Source of the DNA: Callorhinchus milii
Lineage: Eukaryota
DNA: 64,000 bases
Assembly: GCF_018977255.1 (NCBI RefSeq)
Contig: NW_024704743.1
Coordinates: 53,694,001 to 53,758,000, forward strand
Direction: 5' to 3'
Shown: positions 41,401 to 53,400 of the stretch, in pieces
Position numbering within the stretch: the stretch's first letter is position 1
Layout: every line of letters starts with the position of its first letter
Notes under the pieces: model-generated
What the model was told of the DNA's origin: nothing
Database searches by the model: none
The model's input: the letters and a program-made list of their open reading frames with translations, nothing else
Program-made: the position numbers and the translations under genes

Positions 41401-44400
41401 AGAGGAAGAGTGCTTTGTCTCTGGGGCTCTATCTGCATTTGCAACACAGAATTTTAAGAAAACATTTATTCCTGATTTGGCAAAGTTGGCTCAATGCCTA
41501 TTGCTAGCTATTTCTGTATAGCTGGAAACAAAATGATTAAAATAATCAAATTAAACCAAGCTACTGTATTACATTGAAAGTTGAAAGGCTTTAGTGCTGT
41601 GGTTCAAGACCATTAAAGTTGTATTTTATTCATAAAATAAAAAATAGGGTACTTTTTGTCCCTTTTCCAGACTATTTTTTCTGTTAAAATACAATACAAT
41701 TTGTACTTATATAGCCTTTGAAGTCAGGAGGATGTCCTAAAGTGCTTGACAATTCTGACTGGGCACCAGAGCTGAAGGTGTGTGAAAAGAGAGAATGGGA
41801 GAAAAATGGGGTAAAAAATGTGAAAACTCCCCCTCCCTCACCCCGGTAAATGTGGGTGAAAATGGGATCTTATATTCGAACACCTGCTTAATGCACGCAT
41901 AGGGAAATCCTTCTGGTTAAAACGCTGGTTCCAAGAATGGATGTTCACCCTGAAACCCACATCCATGCAAACTTGGATCTGAGAATACAATGAGTGTGCT
42001 AGTTACAGAACCAGCCAAGTGGGTTTTGGGATTCACCTGCGCAATCATAAATAACAAAAATCTGCAAATTCAAGTTTTAAAAATTAAATTCAAACAAAAA
42101 TATATTTTTTTATCAATTGCCAATCTGAAACAAATTGGTGTTAAAAATTGGTTGAAAAACAATGTTATCTATGGTGGATCGATAGCAGACTATACTATGG
42201 TGAACCAATAGCAGGTTATCAACTTGTATGATCCCTCCGCTCAGCAGGCTCTAGCCTGCTCCACATCCCCCGCCTGGCCCGCCTCACCATCGGGGTCGGA
42301 TTTTCAGCCTCTCTGCCCTCATTCTCTGGAATTCCATTCCACAGAACCTTTGCCTTGCTCCTGCCTTCTTCAAGGCACGTCTTAAGACCCTCCTCTTGGA
42401 CCGCACCTTCAGCCACCCTCCTGCCCCTACTCTTCCTGCCTTCCACCCCCCTATGAACCCGACCGCCTGCTCAGGTCCAAATCCCTGACTGTCTAGCCCC
42501 TTGAGGGTCCTCCTAATTAAAAGACATTATACCAATGTCATTTTTCGTTGTCATTGTTATGTTATGGTTGGATCAGTAGCAGGCTATGTTATGGATGATT
42601 CAACAGCACATGGTACCATGATTCAAACAGAAGTAGGTCATGCTTTGGAAACTGCATTGCGGTGTGTGGAAATTACATTGCTGCGTGAAGCTAATCTACC
42701 ATTCATGAAGCTGTAGTGGTTGCTCATGGAAAGCATCAAGTAATAACTGTAACTTTTCACTTTGAGCTTCACTGCTAGAATAATGAAACATAATAGGATG
42801 TTCAGAGGGAATTCAAGACATCAATGTAATTTGCACAGTGGGGTTTTGCATGATTACTTTTGGGGATCTGAGAGTGTGATTTACACTCAGTTATTTATGC
42901 TTCTCATAAAGCAATCACTAGAACATTATTTTAATGGAACATTAGTATCACACAGCAATGGAGATGGCTACAAAACAGTTTATTCTGGAGAAAAGATTGA
43001 AGAGGGAATTTATTCCTATTGCTTGGTATATCGTAAACCAGGACCAAAATCGCCAGATAGTTATTGGAAGAGTTAAAAGGTTGTTAGAAAAAATAGTTTT
43101 CTTCACGCATCGGGTTATCAGAATATGGATTGTTTTTTCACAAGTGGCAACTAAGGCTGAGATCATGAGGTCTAAAATGCTTTAGTCATAAATTCTGTGT
43201 TAATTGCAACTTCAAGTTTATGATTGCCACCAGTATTTGTCTTTCAAGTCTTTTTTCCACTGAAAAAGAATTCTGTAAATATCCAAGAAAAGGTCAAGAA
43301 ACTAAAGCGGTGACATTTTTTTNGGCTTTGAATTTAGAGATCTTATTTTCAATTTCAAAATAATGAATAAGAAGATGGATTTAATTAATGCTACTGGTTT
43401 GCGATGACTGTGTGGTATACCCTGTGTGATATGCCCATGCTTAGGAGGCATAGTGATGGGTTTCCCAATGTGTCAGACCCGGCTGACCCAAAACAAGTAA
43501 TAAATTGAGTAAAATTCATTGTTAGGATAGAATTTCATTGCAGCAATCACAGTACAAGAGAGGGCCATTTGACCTATCAACTCCAAGATTGAGTTGATAG
43601 GTGGAATGGCCCACTTTTATACTATAATTGCTGTAATTTAACATTCTATGCCAAAGCATGTCACTTTCGAGCCAGTTAAGCTCCAAGAGACCCGATTACT
43701 TCACCCCCTAAGGAAAATAGTTACTGCACATGCACCCTCTGCTTTCTTTCCTTAAACATTATACTATTTTCTTCGCCCTCGATGCTGCTCACCTTCTCTC
43801 CCTCTGAGGTGGGCAGTGTGCTGAGCAAAGCTGGTGTAAAAGCTGCTTCAGAGCTAATTTGTGTTCAGTTGACAGACAGATCTGGCTTAGAGTAGGTAAG
43901 ACACTACCTCTTACCTCACATATAAAGAATCCTTCCACAAGATGTCTTGCCTAATAATATCTTCAATATCTGGTTAAAATGATGACAGTAAACAAGTGTG
44001 GATAAGTTTAGCATTACGTAACACAGGAACTAAAGCTCACAATTACAAAAAGGTTTATTAGCCAGAAGTTACCTTCCATTGTTCAAGCAGCTAAAACATC
44101 AAAATGTGTGTGAAGCTGCCAAGGGCCCTTTTTGAACTCATTCCAAGCTCTGAGTCAGATTACAGGCAGCTCAGTTTGAGTTAAAATGTATGTTGATAGA
44201 TTCTATCGTGATTCATGTGGTTTTGTCTGTTTGCAGCAAGTCTAGCCATTGACAGCTTTGCTTTTTTACTGCACAATAATAATAGTTATCCCCTTTCATC
44301 AGCAGATGGCCAGTTCAGAAAAGAATGCAGAATCGCACCCATCCAATTCCAACAGAAAGGTAAGGAGGAGCAGGATTTAGCCAAATGAAATGGGGAAAAT

Positions 44401-47400
44401 TATGAACAGCGTTTTGAAAATGATAAGCTTCTATACAATTTGTATAATGAATGAAGGTTCCATAAACTATTCACCTTCTGTTCGTTTTATCCAAACTCCA
44501 CCACCTTTCCGGATAACCAGTTTCAGCTGTTAATTGCTTTCTATATAAAGCCACTCTCCTGCAAGCGTTCACCATGCTCTTTCATATTCACCCACCACCG
44601 CCCCCCCCAACCACGCAAACACCCTGATTCTCTATCTATTTCCCCTTTAAAACAACTTATAGGTCCTGCTTCAACAATTCTTTGTGATATAAAGTTTCAC
44701 ATTCCAAACTTCCTTTGAATATTTTTTCTATTTACCCTTTCATTCTTTTGGGGGTTATCAAATCACTTCAGCTGTAGCGTAGAAAATTTAAATTCATTGC
44801 TGGAAATTTTATTTTTGGTCAGCTGGATGTCTGACTCATACAGAAACTCAGCACCAAGCTTAAGAGTATCCAAACCAAACTGAGAATTCCATGCATCCCA
44901 CCTACACATGTTTGGAGTGGGATGTGCACTCTCTCCACAGAAGGACACATCCTTCTTACTTAATTCCTGAGACATGTTAGGCATCAGGCACATGTTGGCA
45001 AGAGCCAAAGCTTGGGGACCACAGCGTGTGTATCAGGATACTGCTGGAGTCTAACCAGCTAAAATTGCATAGCTTGCTCTTGATGTTGCTGTCTGGCAAG
45101 CTTCCTACTGCTTGCCCAGCTAGGACCACCCAAGCCAGTAGATTTTTGGCTTGGAAGGTTAATAGGAGTTGAGCGGAAAGTGTCCCTGCCCCAGTGACTG
45201 GGCTGCCCTTCCAAGCATATGTTTTCCCCGACACTGAACCACTGTAAATAGTGTGGGGGATGGGGACTGACTTCAGCCTGTACACAGACCAATCAATATT
45301 TAACATAATAACTGACCATTTTGTTCATCAATGTTAGCAACATGGGTGTGAATTTCCCGTCGTTGCTGATTCACAATATGTGTTGCAATGTTCACCTTGT
45401 TGTTTCCTCTATATCATTCTTAAAAGTATTATGGGTTCATAAAGGTGTTTTGTTCTGCATCATTCTTACGGATCTCAGTTGAATTTTACATCATTTTTAA
45501 AGATCCTCACACTCACCTACAAATTACTTCATGCCATAGCACCTCCCTACGTCTCCAACCTGCTCACAACTCACTCCTCTACCCATCCCTCCGCTTGGCT
45601 GGCTTGGGGCTTTTCTATGTCAATTGATCCCTCCACTCCACATCAATGCCATGCCTTCAGCTACTGTGGCCTGAACCCCTGGAATTCCCTGCCTCAATCA
45701 ATCTGCCTTGCTCCCTTTTACCTTCCAATTACACCTTACTCTTTGACCATCACTTCCCCTTTCTCCTTGGCTCGATGTAAAAATTCACTACAACAACAAC
45801 AACACGATTTCATTTATGGAGCACTTTTCACGTCGGGAGGACATCCCAAGGCACTGGACAAATGGATTGGGACCCGAGCAGGGGGGAAATGGTCAGGTGA
45901 GGGGAGGGAAGGGAGGGGGCGAGGAGGGGGTAGAGAGTCGAGAGGGAGCTGAAGGCACGGTTGAAGAGAAAGGTCTTGAGACTGGCCTTGAAGGAGGAAA
46001 GGGAGGAAGCAAGGCAAAGGCACCGGGGGATGGAGTTCCAGAGCCTAGGGGCTGAGAGGCTGAAGGCCCGGCCACCGATGGTAGGGCGGTTGGGCGGGGG
46101 ATGTGGAGCAGACCGGAGCCAGAGGAACGGAGGGTATGGGCAGGTAGGTAGGGGGATAGTAGGTCGGAGAGGTAGGAGGGAGCAAGGCCGTCAATGGCCT
46201 TGTAGGTGAGGATGAGAATCTTGAATTCGATCCTCTGGAGGATGGGAAGCCAGTGGAGGCGAGCGAGAGTGGGAGTGATGTGGTCGCACTATGCACTAGC
46301 ACTCCGAGATGCTACCCTGTGTGAAGGGTGTATTATAAATTTGAGTTGTTGCTAAAAATATTCTTTAGACCAATCAAGATAATTCATTAATTTACCTCTT
46401 TCACAGATTTATTCTGAGACCATCTACTGTGCTGGGCGAGCCCTTAGAGACTTCTTCATAATCCTTGCTCCTCATCTCATAAACGATCGAGTAACCAGTA
46501 CAGGAAAATACAAGTAAGTGAAACTTGATCTCTGGAGACGTGACATAAAATATAATAAAGTCCCTGTAGCCTAAAGTAATCAAACTATTTAAAATGGACA
46601 GAACAAGAACAGCTTGGTGAGATTAAAATGAAAATATAATTTTATATTCTTAAGTCCCGTTAAATTGAATCCAGCCATTCCAATTTTTAGACAGATGAAA
46701 ATGGACACTGAGAATATTATCAGATATAAAGTTATTTTTGTGACAAAGATTTACTGATCATGGACTGGAGACTAACCTTATAACAAGAATAATAATACTT
46801 ACATTTTAATATAGCGTCTTCCATATTGGGAGACCACCTCAAAGTGCTTCACAAGATTTACTGTAAACAGTTGTTACTGTGTATTTCGTAGACTTCTTCA
46901 CATGCTTGATCCATGTTTGACTATTCCTATGAAAAATATTTATTTGACAAAAAAAGAAAGTATTCTGACCGAGTTGTAGCTTGTAATAAATCTGAAAAAT
47001 TCCACTTAGTAACATAGGAATGTTCAGGACCTCCTGGCCCCAAACTAAATATTTTAAAATAAAAGATCCATTACTGTCTATCTCTTGTTCACTATTCGAG
47101 TAAGATAATTTTCAGCTGTGGCAAAGTGGGGAAAAAGCAACTTGTTTACTTATGAATTCAGCTCTCTGAGGTGCGACCCCACATGAAAGGCGCTATATAA
47201 ATGCAAGTTGTTGTTGTGAAAACAAACGTTTCATATTTAATTGCAATCCTTTATAGTTTCTTTTGCACTTTCTTGCTACATCAAAGATGCTGTATTGTCA
47301 CATGGTTGACCTTCAGATGAGATATTCAAACTGACGTCCCATTTGTTACTGTATTAAACAGACATTAAAAGATCCCATAATGCTGTTCGAAAAGAATAGA

Positions 47401-50400
47401 TTCTCCTGCTGTCTTTGCTAACAATCCTCCAAGTAAATTGATCATTCAATGCATGGCAGTTTCCATGGTCGTGATGTGAAGAGAATGGCTCCTATGCTTT
47501 ACCTACAACAAATCAATATATTTTGACCATTGATTACTGCAAAGCATGTTGAGATGATTCAACATGAAAACATGCCATAAAAATGTACAGTCTTTTAGCA
47601 CCTGGAATGCCAAAAGCACAACTATGGTTTGATGCTGGAAGTTATTGGCAAATGTTAGCACAGTTAAAGATGGGAAATACTATAGAACCATACAAATTGC
47701 CAGCACAGAAGAAGACCATTCGCCAACCGTGTTTGTGCTGGCTCTTGCAAGAACAATCCTTTCAGTCCCATTTACCTGCCCTTTCCCCATACCCCTGCAG
47801 TTTACTCCTTTTCAGGTATTTATCTAGTTTTCATTTTGAAGGCCAATATGGATTCAGCCTCAACGTTTGCTCCCAGGAGGCTATTCCATAGCCTAACTAC
47901 TCTGTGAATGAAAACATTCTCCTAACCTTCCATAGGAACAGGAGTAGGCCATTCAGCCCTTTGGGCCTGTTCCATCATTTAATTAGATTGTGACTGATCT
48001 GTACCTCAACTAATCCTTTCAATTCCAATTTCCTGCTTTCTCCCCATATCCCTTAAAACCCTGACCTACTAAAAATGTATCAATTCTCCATTTGCTAACT
48101 ATATTAAATTGATGTTCTCTTGTCACTAACTCACCGACTAATGGAAATAATGTCTCCCTATTGACTCTATCAAAACCCCTCATCATTTTAAAGACCTCCA
48201 TCAGATCACTCCTCAACTTTCTTTGTTTGAGTCGAAAAGTCCCTGTTCTTCAAGTCTCTGGTCTTAAACCAAAACACTCATCCCCAGGATGATCCAGGTA
48301 AACCTCTTCTGCGTGCCCCACCCCTCCATACAATTTACTGATATCTAACGTCAGTTAAATTATATAACCTACATTTTCCCTCAGATACAAGATAAATAAT
48401 TGCCCATCAAACTCACGCCTTCTATAGACAATGTACAAGTTTCTCTACCTTATCCAAACTATTTAACTTGGCGCGAGAAGTAAGAAACAGCAGGCAGAAA
48501 CTCCAAAAAGACAAAGTTCTGTGAACTTTTTCTGTAAACTTTAAGAACAATCACAAAAAATTCCAAAATATTAATCCCCTTTACAATGTTGACCATTTGC
48601 ATTCAAACTTTTAATTGTTTGAAATCAACCTTGGTTTACAATTGTACACGTGAACACTTTCGCACAAGTTTATTTTTTTCCATTGCCATATACTATGTGA
48701 ATACTTTCTGAAAAGGGTACTTTCAAAGACTTGCTTATTATTCTATGTCATTGACTACAACAACAAAATTATATATGTATAGCACCTTTCACATTGAGAC
48801 GACATCCCAAGGTGCTGGACAGTCAGTGTTTCAGACCCGAGATGGGGTTGGGCTTGGAGGTGGTGGATGGCAGGGCGGAAGCAGGGTGATCAAAAGCATG
48901 GTCAAAGAGGAGGGTCTTGAGATGGGTCTTGAAGGAGGCAAGGGAAAGGGTGAGGCGGAGGACAGTGGGATGAAGGTCCAGAGGGAGAGGCAGAGTGACA
49001 GAAGGCCCGCCCACCAATGGTGGGGCGGGCGAGGTATGGGACTTGAAGCAGGCCGGAGCCCGCTGAGTGGAGGGAACGGACAGGTTAGTAGGGGGTTAGA
49101 AGGTTGCAGAGGTGGGGGGGAGGAGCAAGACTATGGAGAGCTTTGAAGGTGAGGATCAGGATCTTGAACTGTATTCTCTGTGTGATGGGAAGCCAGTGGA
49201 GTGAGGATGGGGGTGATAGGGTCACGGAGCCTCGTGCGGGATAGGACACGGGCTGCAGTGTTCTGGATGATCTGCAGCTTATGGAGGGAGGAGTTGGGGA
49301 GGCTGACAAGCAAGGAGTTTGCAGAGTCAAACCTTGATGTAATGAAACCATGTATGAGGGTTTCGGCAGCCTGTGGTATAAAACAGTGGCAGAGCTGGGC
49401 TTTGTTGCGGAGGTGAGGGAAGGCAGAGCGGGTCATGGTGTGAATGTGGGGTAGAAAGAATAGTTGAGGGTCAAACAAGACGCCAAGGTTCCGGATTGGC
49501 TTAGTAAGGTGGAGTGAGCACCATGGACGGTGATGCTGTCAGTGCCTGAGGTGTGGAGGCGCTGACGGAAGCCAATCAGGAGAACCTCCGTCTTGTTGAT
49601 GTTCAACTGAAGAAAGTTTGCTCTCATCCAGGACTTGATGTCTGACAAAGATTCTGTCAGGACAGCAGTGGTCCTGGAGTTGAGGGTGGAGGCAGAAAAA
49701 TATCGTTGGGTGTCATCCACATACCTGTGGAAGTTGATACCATGTCTTCAAACCACATTGAAGAGGGAAGGGGGAGGAACAGGGCCCATTTCCTTTAATC
49801 AATGCGATTTCTTTGTTTTTGTGGATTAGCATGTATACAGTGCCTTGGGATGTCCTCCTGATGTGAAATGAGCTATACAAATGTAATTTTGTTGTTGTTA
49901 TTGTTGTTGTTGTTGTAGTAATTAAATACAAATAAAATTGGCCCTTTGAGGACACCTCCCAACACGAAAGGTGCTATATAAATGTAATTTGCATTGTATT
50001 ATATTTAAGGCTTACATGTAGAAAGGCTGGGTGCTTTTCTCAGACCACCTCAGGGAAAATACCATTATATAATTAACACAACTACATTGCCAGGAAAAAG
50101 CCCCTTTTTGCAGGCAATGGTAAATACTTCAAAACTTCGCTCCAAGAGTAACACAAAATGAATATGTAGTATCTTTTAAGGTGAAGTATCTTTACTTCAC
50201 CAGTTGAAAAATTAAACTATTCGATTGGTATCTGCTCCGCAGGAGAAGCTGTGTGGGGTTTGAGATGGTGGACTGGCTGCAGGACCAGTGTCTGTTCATC
50301 CTCAACCGGGCGAATGCAGAGAGTATCTGGCAGATTCTCCTGGAGCTGGGAATTCTATCTTCAGGTGATTGCAAGTATTAAGTCAACAAATGATTATAAA

Positions 50401-53400
50401 ATTGAAGTAAACATAAAGTGTTGCCTTATAGTCAGCATGCATTTTCATACTGCTTTCATGTTGCTGTTTGCAAAATGTAAATCTTCCAGGGTTATGTCAA
50501 GCGTGAGGAGCGCTATATAAATGCAAGTTGTTGGACCTGGCTTGACAAATCTTTGTTTTACATTCAAATATGCAGCTTTAACAGAACCATCAGGATGAAG
50601 CTTGTCCACTCATACCTTCAGGACACAAATGTATCAGTGATATTTAACGAGCGTTTGAGGAATGAACTATGTGCAATGGTTAAGCAACCAAGGCACTTCA
50701 ATCTTGAGAGAAGATGAAGATGACTCAGAGGGGCCTTCTACAGATATTTTAAATGAGGTTGAAAAAGTAAGCCTAGAACTTTAGTCAGCATTGAGACAGT
50801 AGAACAAGAGGACATGGGTTTAGACTTTTAAAGGGCAATTTCAGGACAGACACCAGGAAGTTTTTCTTTACTCAGAGGATAATTAATGATTGAAACAAGT
50901 TGCCAGGAAAGGTAGATGAGGCCAGGATACTGGACTCATTTAAAAAGTAGCTTGATGCTGTGATGGGGACATGGTATTCTGCAGGGATGAGATCGGATGA
51001 GTCAAAGGGAATGTCTTCATATAAACCATCTGGTGATCTTGTGAACCTTTGCTGTATTGCCCCACACATTGGCCAGAGATGCTGACAGTTTTGAATGCCC
51101 TTTTAGTTATACAATTTTTAACACTGTTGCACAAGACTCAATCTGCTTTGAAGTCATATATTATTGTATCTCATGTACAAGATAAAAGGCATTGACCCAT
51201 CAACTGTGGGTTTATCAAGTCCACCTTCATGTGCAGAGCTTCAGTTTGAGTTAGCCCCATATTCTGTAAATAATCCCCAGAAGGTCATGTGTGATCACAA
51301 CCCACATGGGAGGCCTTGCTGACATTCTTGGGCCTGTTAGTCTGGCTGAGTTAGGCCTGTATGGCCTGAATAGCCTTAAAAAAAACTTTTTTTATGCTTG
51401 AAAATGATCCTTGTTAAGTGGGAATCCAAAACAGTGGTGGTGCCCAAGTATTTGCAGCCAGATTTGAGTGCTACTATTTTTTCAGAAGTGTGGTGGGGGA
51501 GGGAATTAATTCATAAACCCATTGTAACCCCATTCATTAAATAAGGAAAGGAATATGTTTAGGAATACCTACACGTTTAACAATAGGTAATTATTGCCGG
51601 GTCAGTGGTACGGCTGTTACACTGAGAATCACTAAAACATTGACCAGTGTCACAGAAGATTGCAAGAATCAGATCTGAAAATTTATTGTATTACAATCTG
51701 CATCAGTATTAACCAGGGAGATTGCAATATACACAAATTTATCCAAACTACTCAATTTCGGCACAGTTTTGAGTTATATCTTTCTCCGTCTTTTACTTAA
51801 CAAAGCATTTTCCTTCACATGGAATGCTACTTTACTGAAAGCACACTTGAAAACTCTGACAAAAATAAAGGAAGATTCTCATCTGGGTCCAGATTTACTC
51901 AATTTATGTAACATTTTAGAGCATCCAGAATTTAGGAAATGCATTAAATACCGCCTAATTTTGAAGACGTTTGGTTTGTAAGTTCCTTTAAAAAATGCAG
52001 AAAAAAGCTTCAAAGTTAAGACAAAATTCAAACAATTTGCCAAATTCTGGAAGTTTTGAAATACAACACAGAGTGAATCTGGACCCAGGTGGAATTTCTC
52101 CCCAATTGAAGTACAGAAAAAATCTCATGTATGCAGCTTTTGAAATGCTGTAAATCTCCAAGTGACTGTTCAATTTGTTTTTCCTTAAAATGTGTTTCTA
52201 CATTGCAGATAATCAATCAGTCTCTGTGTCTGCCTGTCTCCCTGCCTCCTCACTGCACACTAAGCTTCAGATAATGAACACATTCAGGATAGACCTTTTG
52301 AGGGTGGGTCTCTTTCCCAGAGAGCAGTCAAAGTAGTACACATCATTTATTGCAGGGATCCACGGTCCTATTTTAACAGTGTCCTTCGAACTGACAGCCG
52401 CTCAATAACCCTGTTACTCTGCCCTTTGGAGACCGCCTCTGCTCTGGTGATTTGTCTTACACATACACACTGCCAGTGCTGGCTCAACCTCAACTAATGT
52501 TACCTACAGTGGCCTTCAAGAGGTCATCTGACACTTTATTCTTTGTGCCAGCTGCAGTATAACTGCTGCAAGCACTGCGGTCACCTTTTATTTGCTGATT
52601 TCAAACAAAAATCCCTCAAACGGCTTCCTAAATCACTGCTCTATTTTGTTTCTGTCCTGTCAACTGTTTCATTCTGAAGAAAACACAGGATTGGGCCATT
52701 GAACTAGTAGCATACAGTTACCCTAATACAAGGTATGCTCTCAGTGTCACCTGAGGATGATAAGACCATGAAATGAAATAATATAATAATAATGCTTGCA
52801 TTTAATATAGTGCTTTTTACGTCTTCGAGATGTCTTAAAGCGCTTCACAGAATAGACTGTAAAGTGAATTGACTGTATATTTGTGGGCGAAATGTGGCAG
52901 CCAATTGCGCACAGCAGTGTCCCACAAACAGTCCTAGATTGAAGTGACCAATTTATTATTTTTTTTTCTTTGAGCGATTATTATCAGGCATGTGGAGTAA
53001 GAAAACTTACCCAACGTTTCGCCTTGCCAGGAATCGAACCCAGGTCGCTCGCTTGCGAGTGCTCTAACCACTGAGCTACAAAATGAAGAATGTCTCACAT
53101 ATACTTTTCCAAAATGTGCCATAAATGTGTAACCTCATTAACAAGTGGGTTAGAGTGCCCTTTCTGCTGAAGGAAAATTAGTATGGATGAGAATGGCATT
53201 TAAATTATTCCCAATAAAACCTCCTGCTGGATAACATGAAATTGGCCCCTCTGAATCCACCAAAGTGTCTTGATCCATTGATGTAGGCCCCTTGTATAAT
53301 CCACTATGTTGAAATATAGGGGTTAAATTGTGTATTGTTTTCCTTAAAGGAATTCTTAATTAAAAAAATGGATTGCTTATAATATAATAATAATCCTTGC

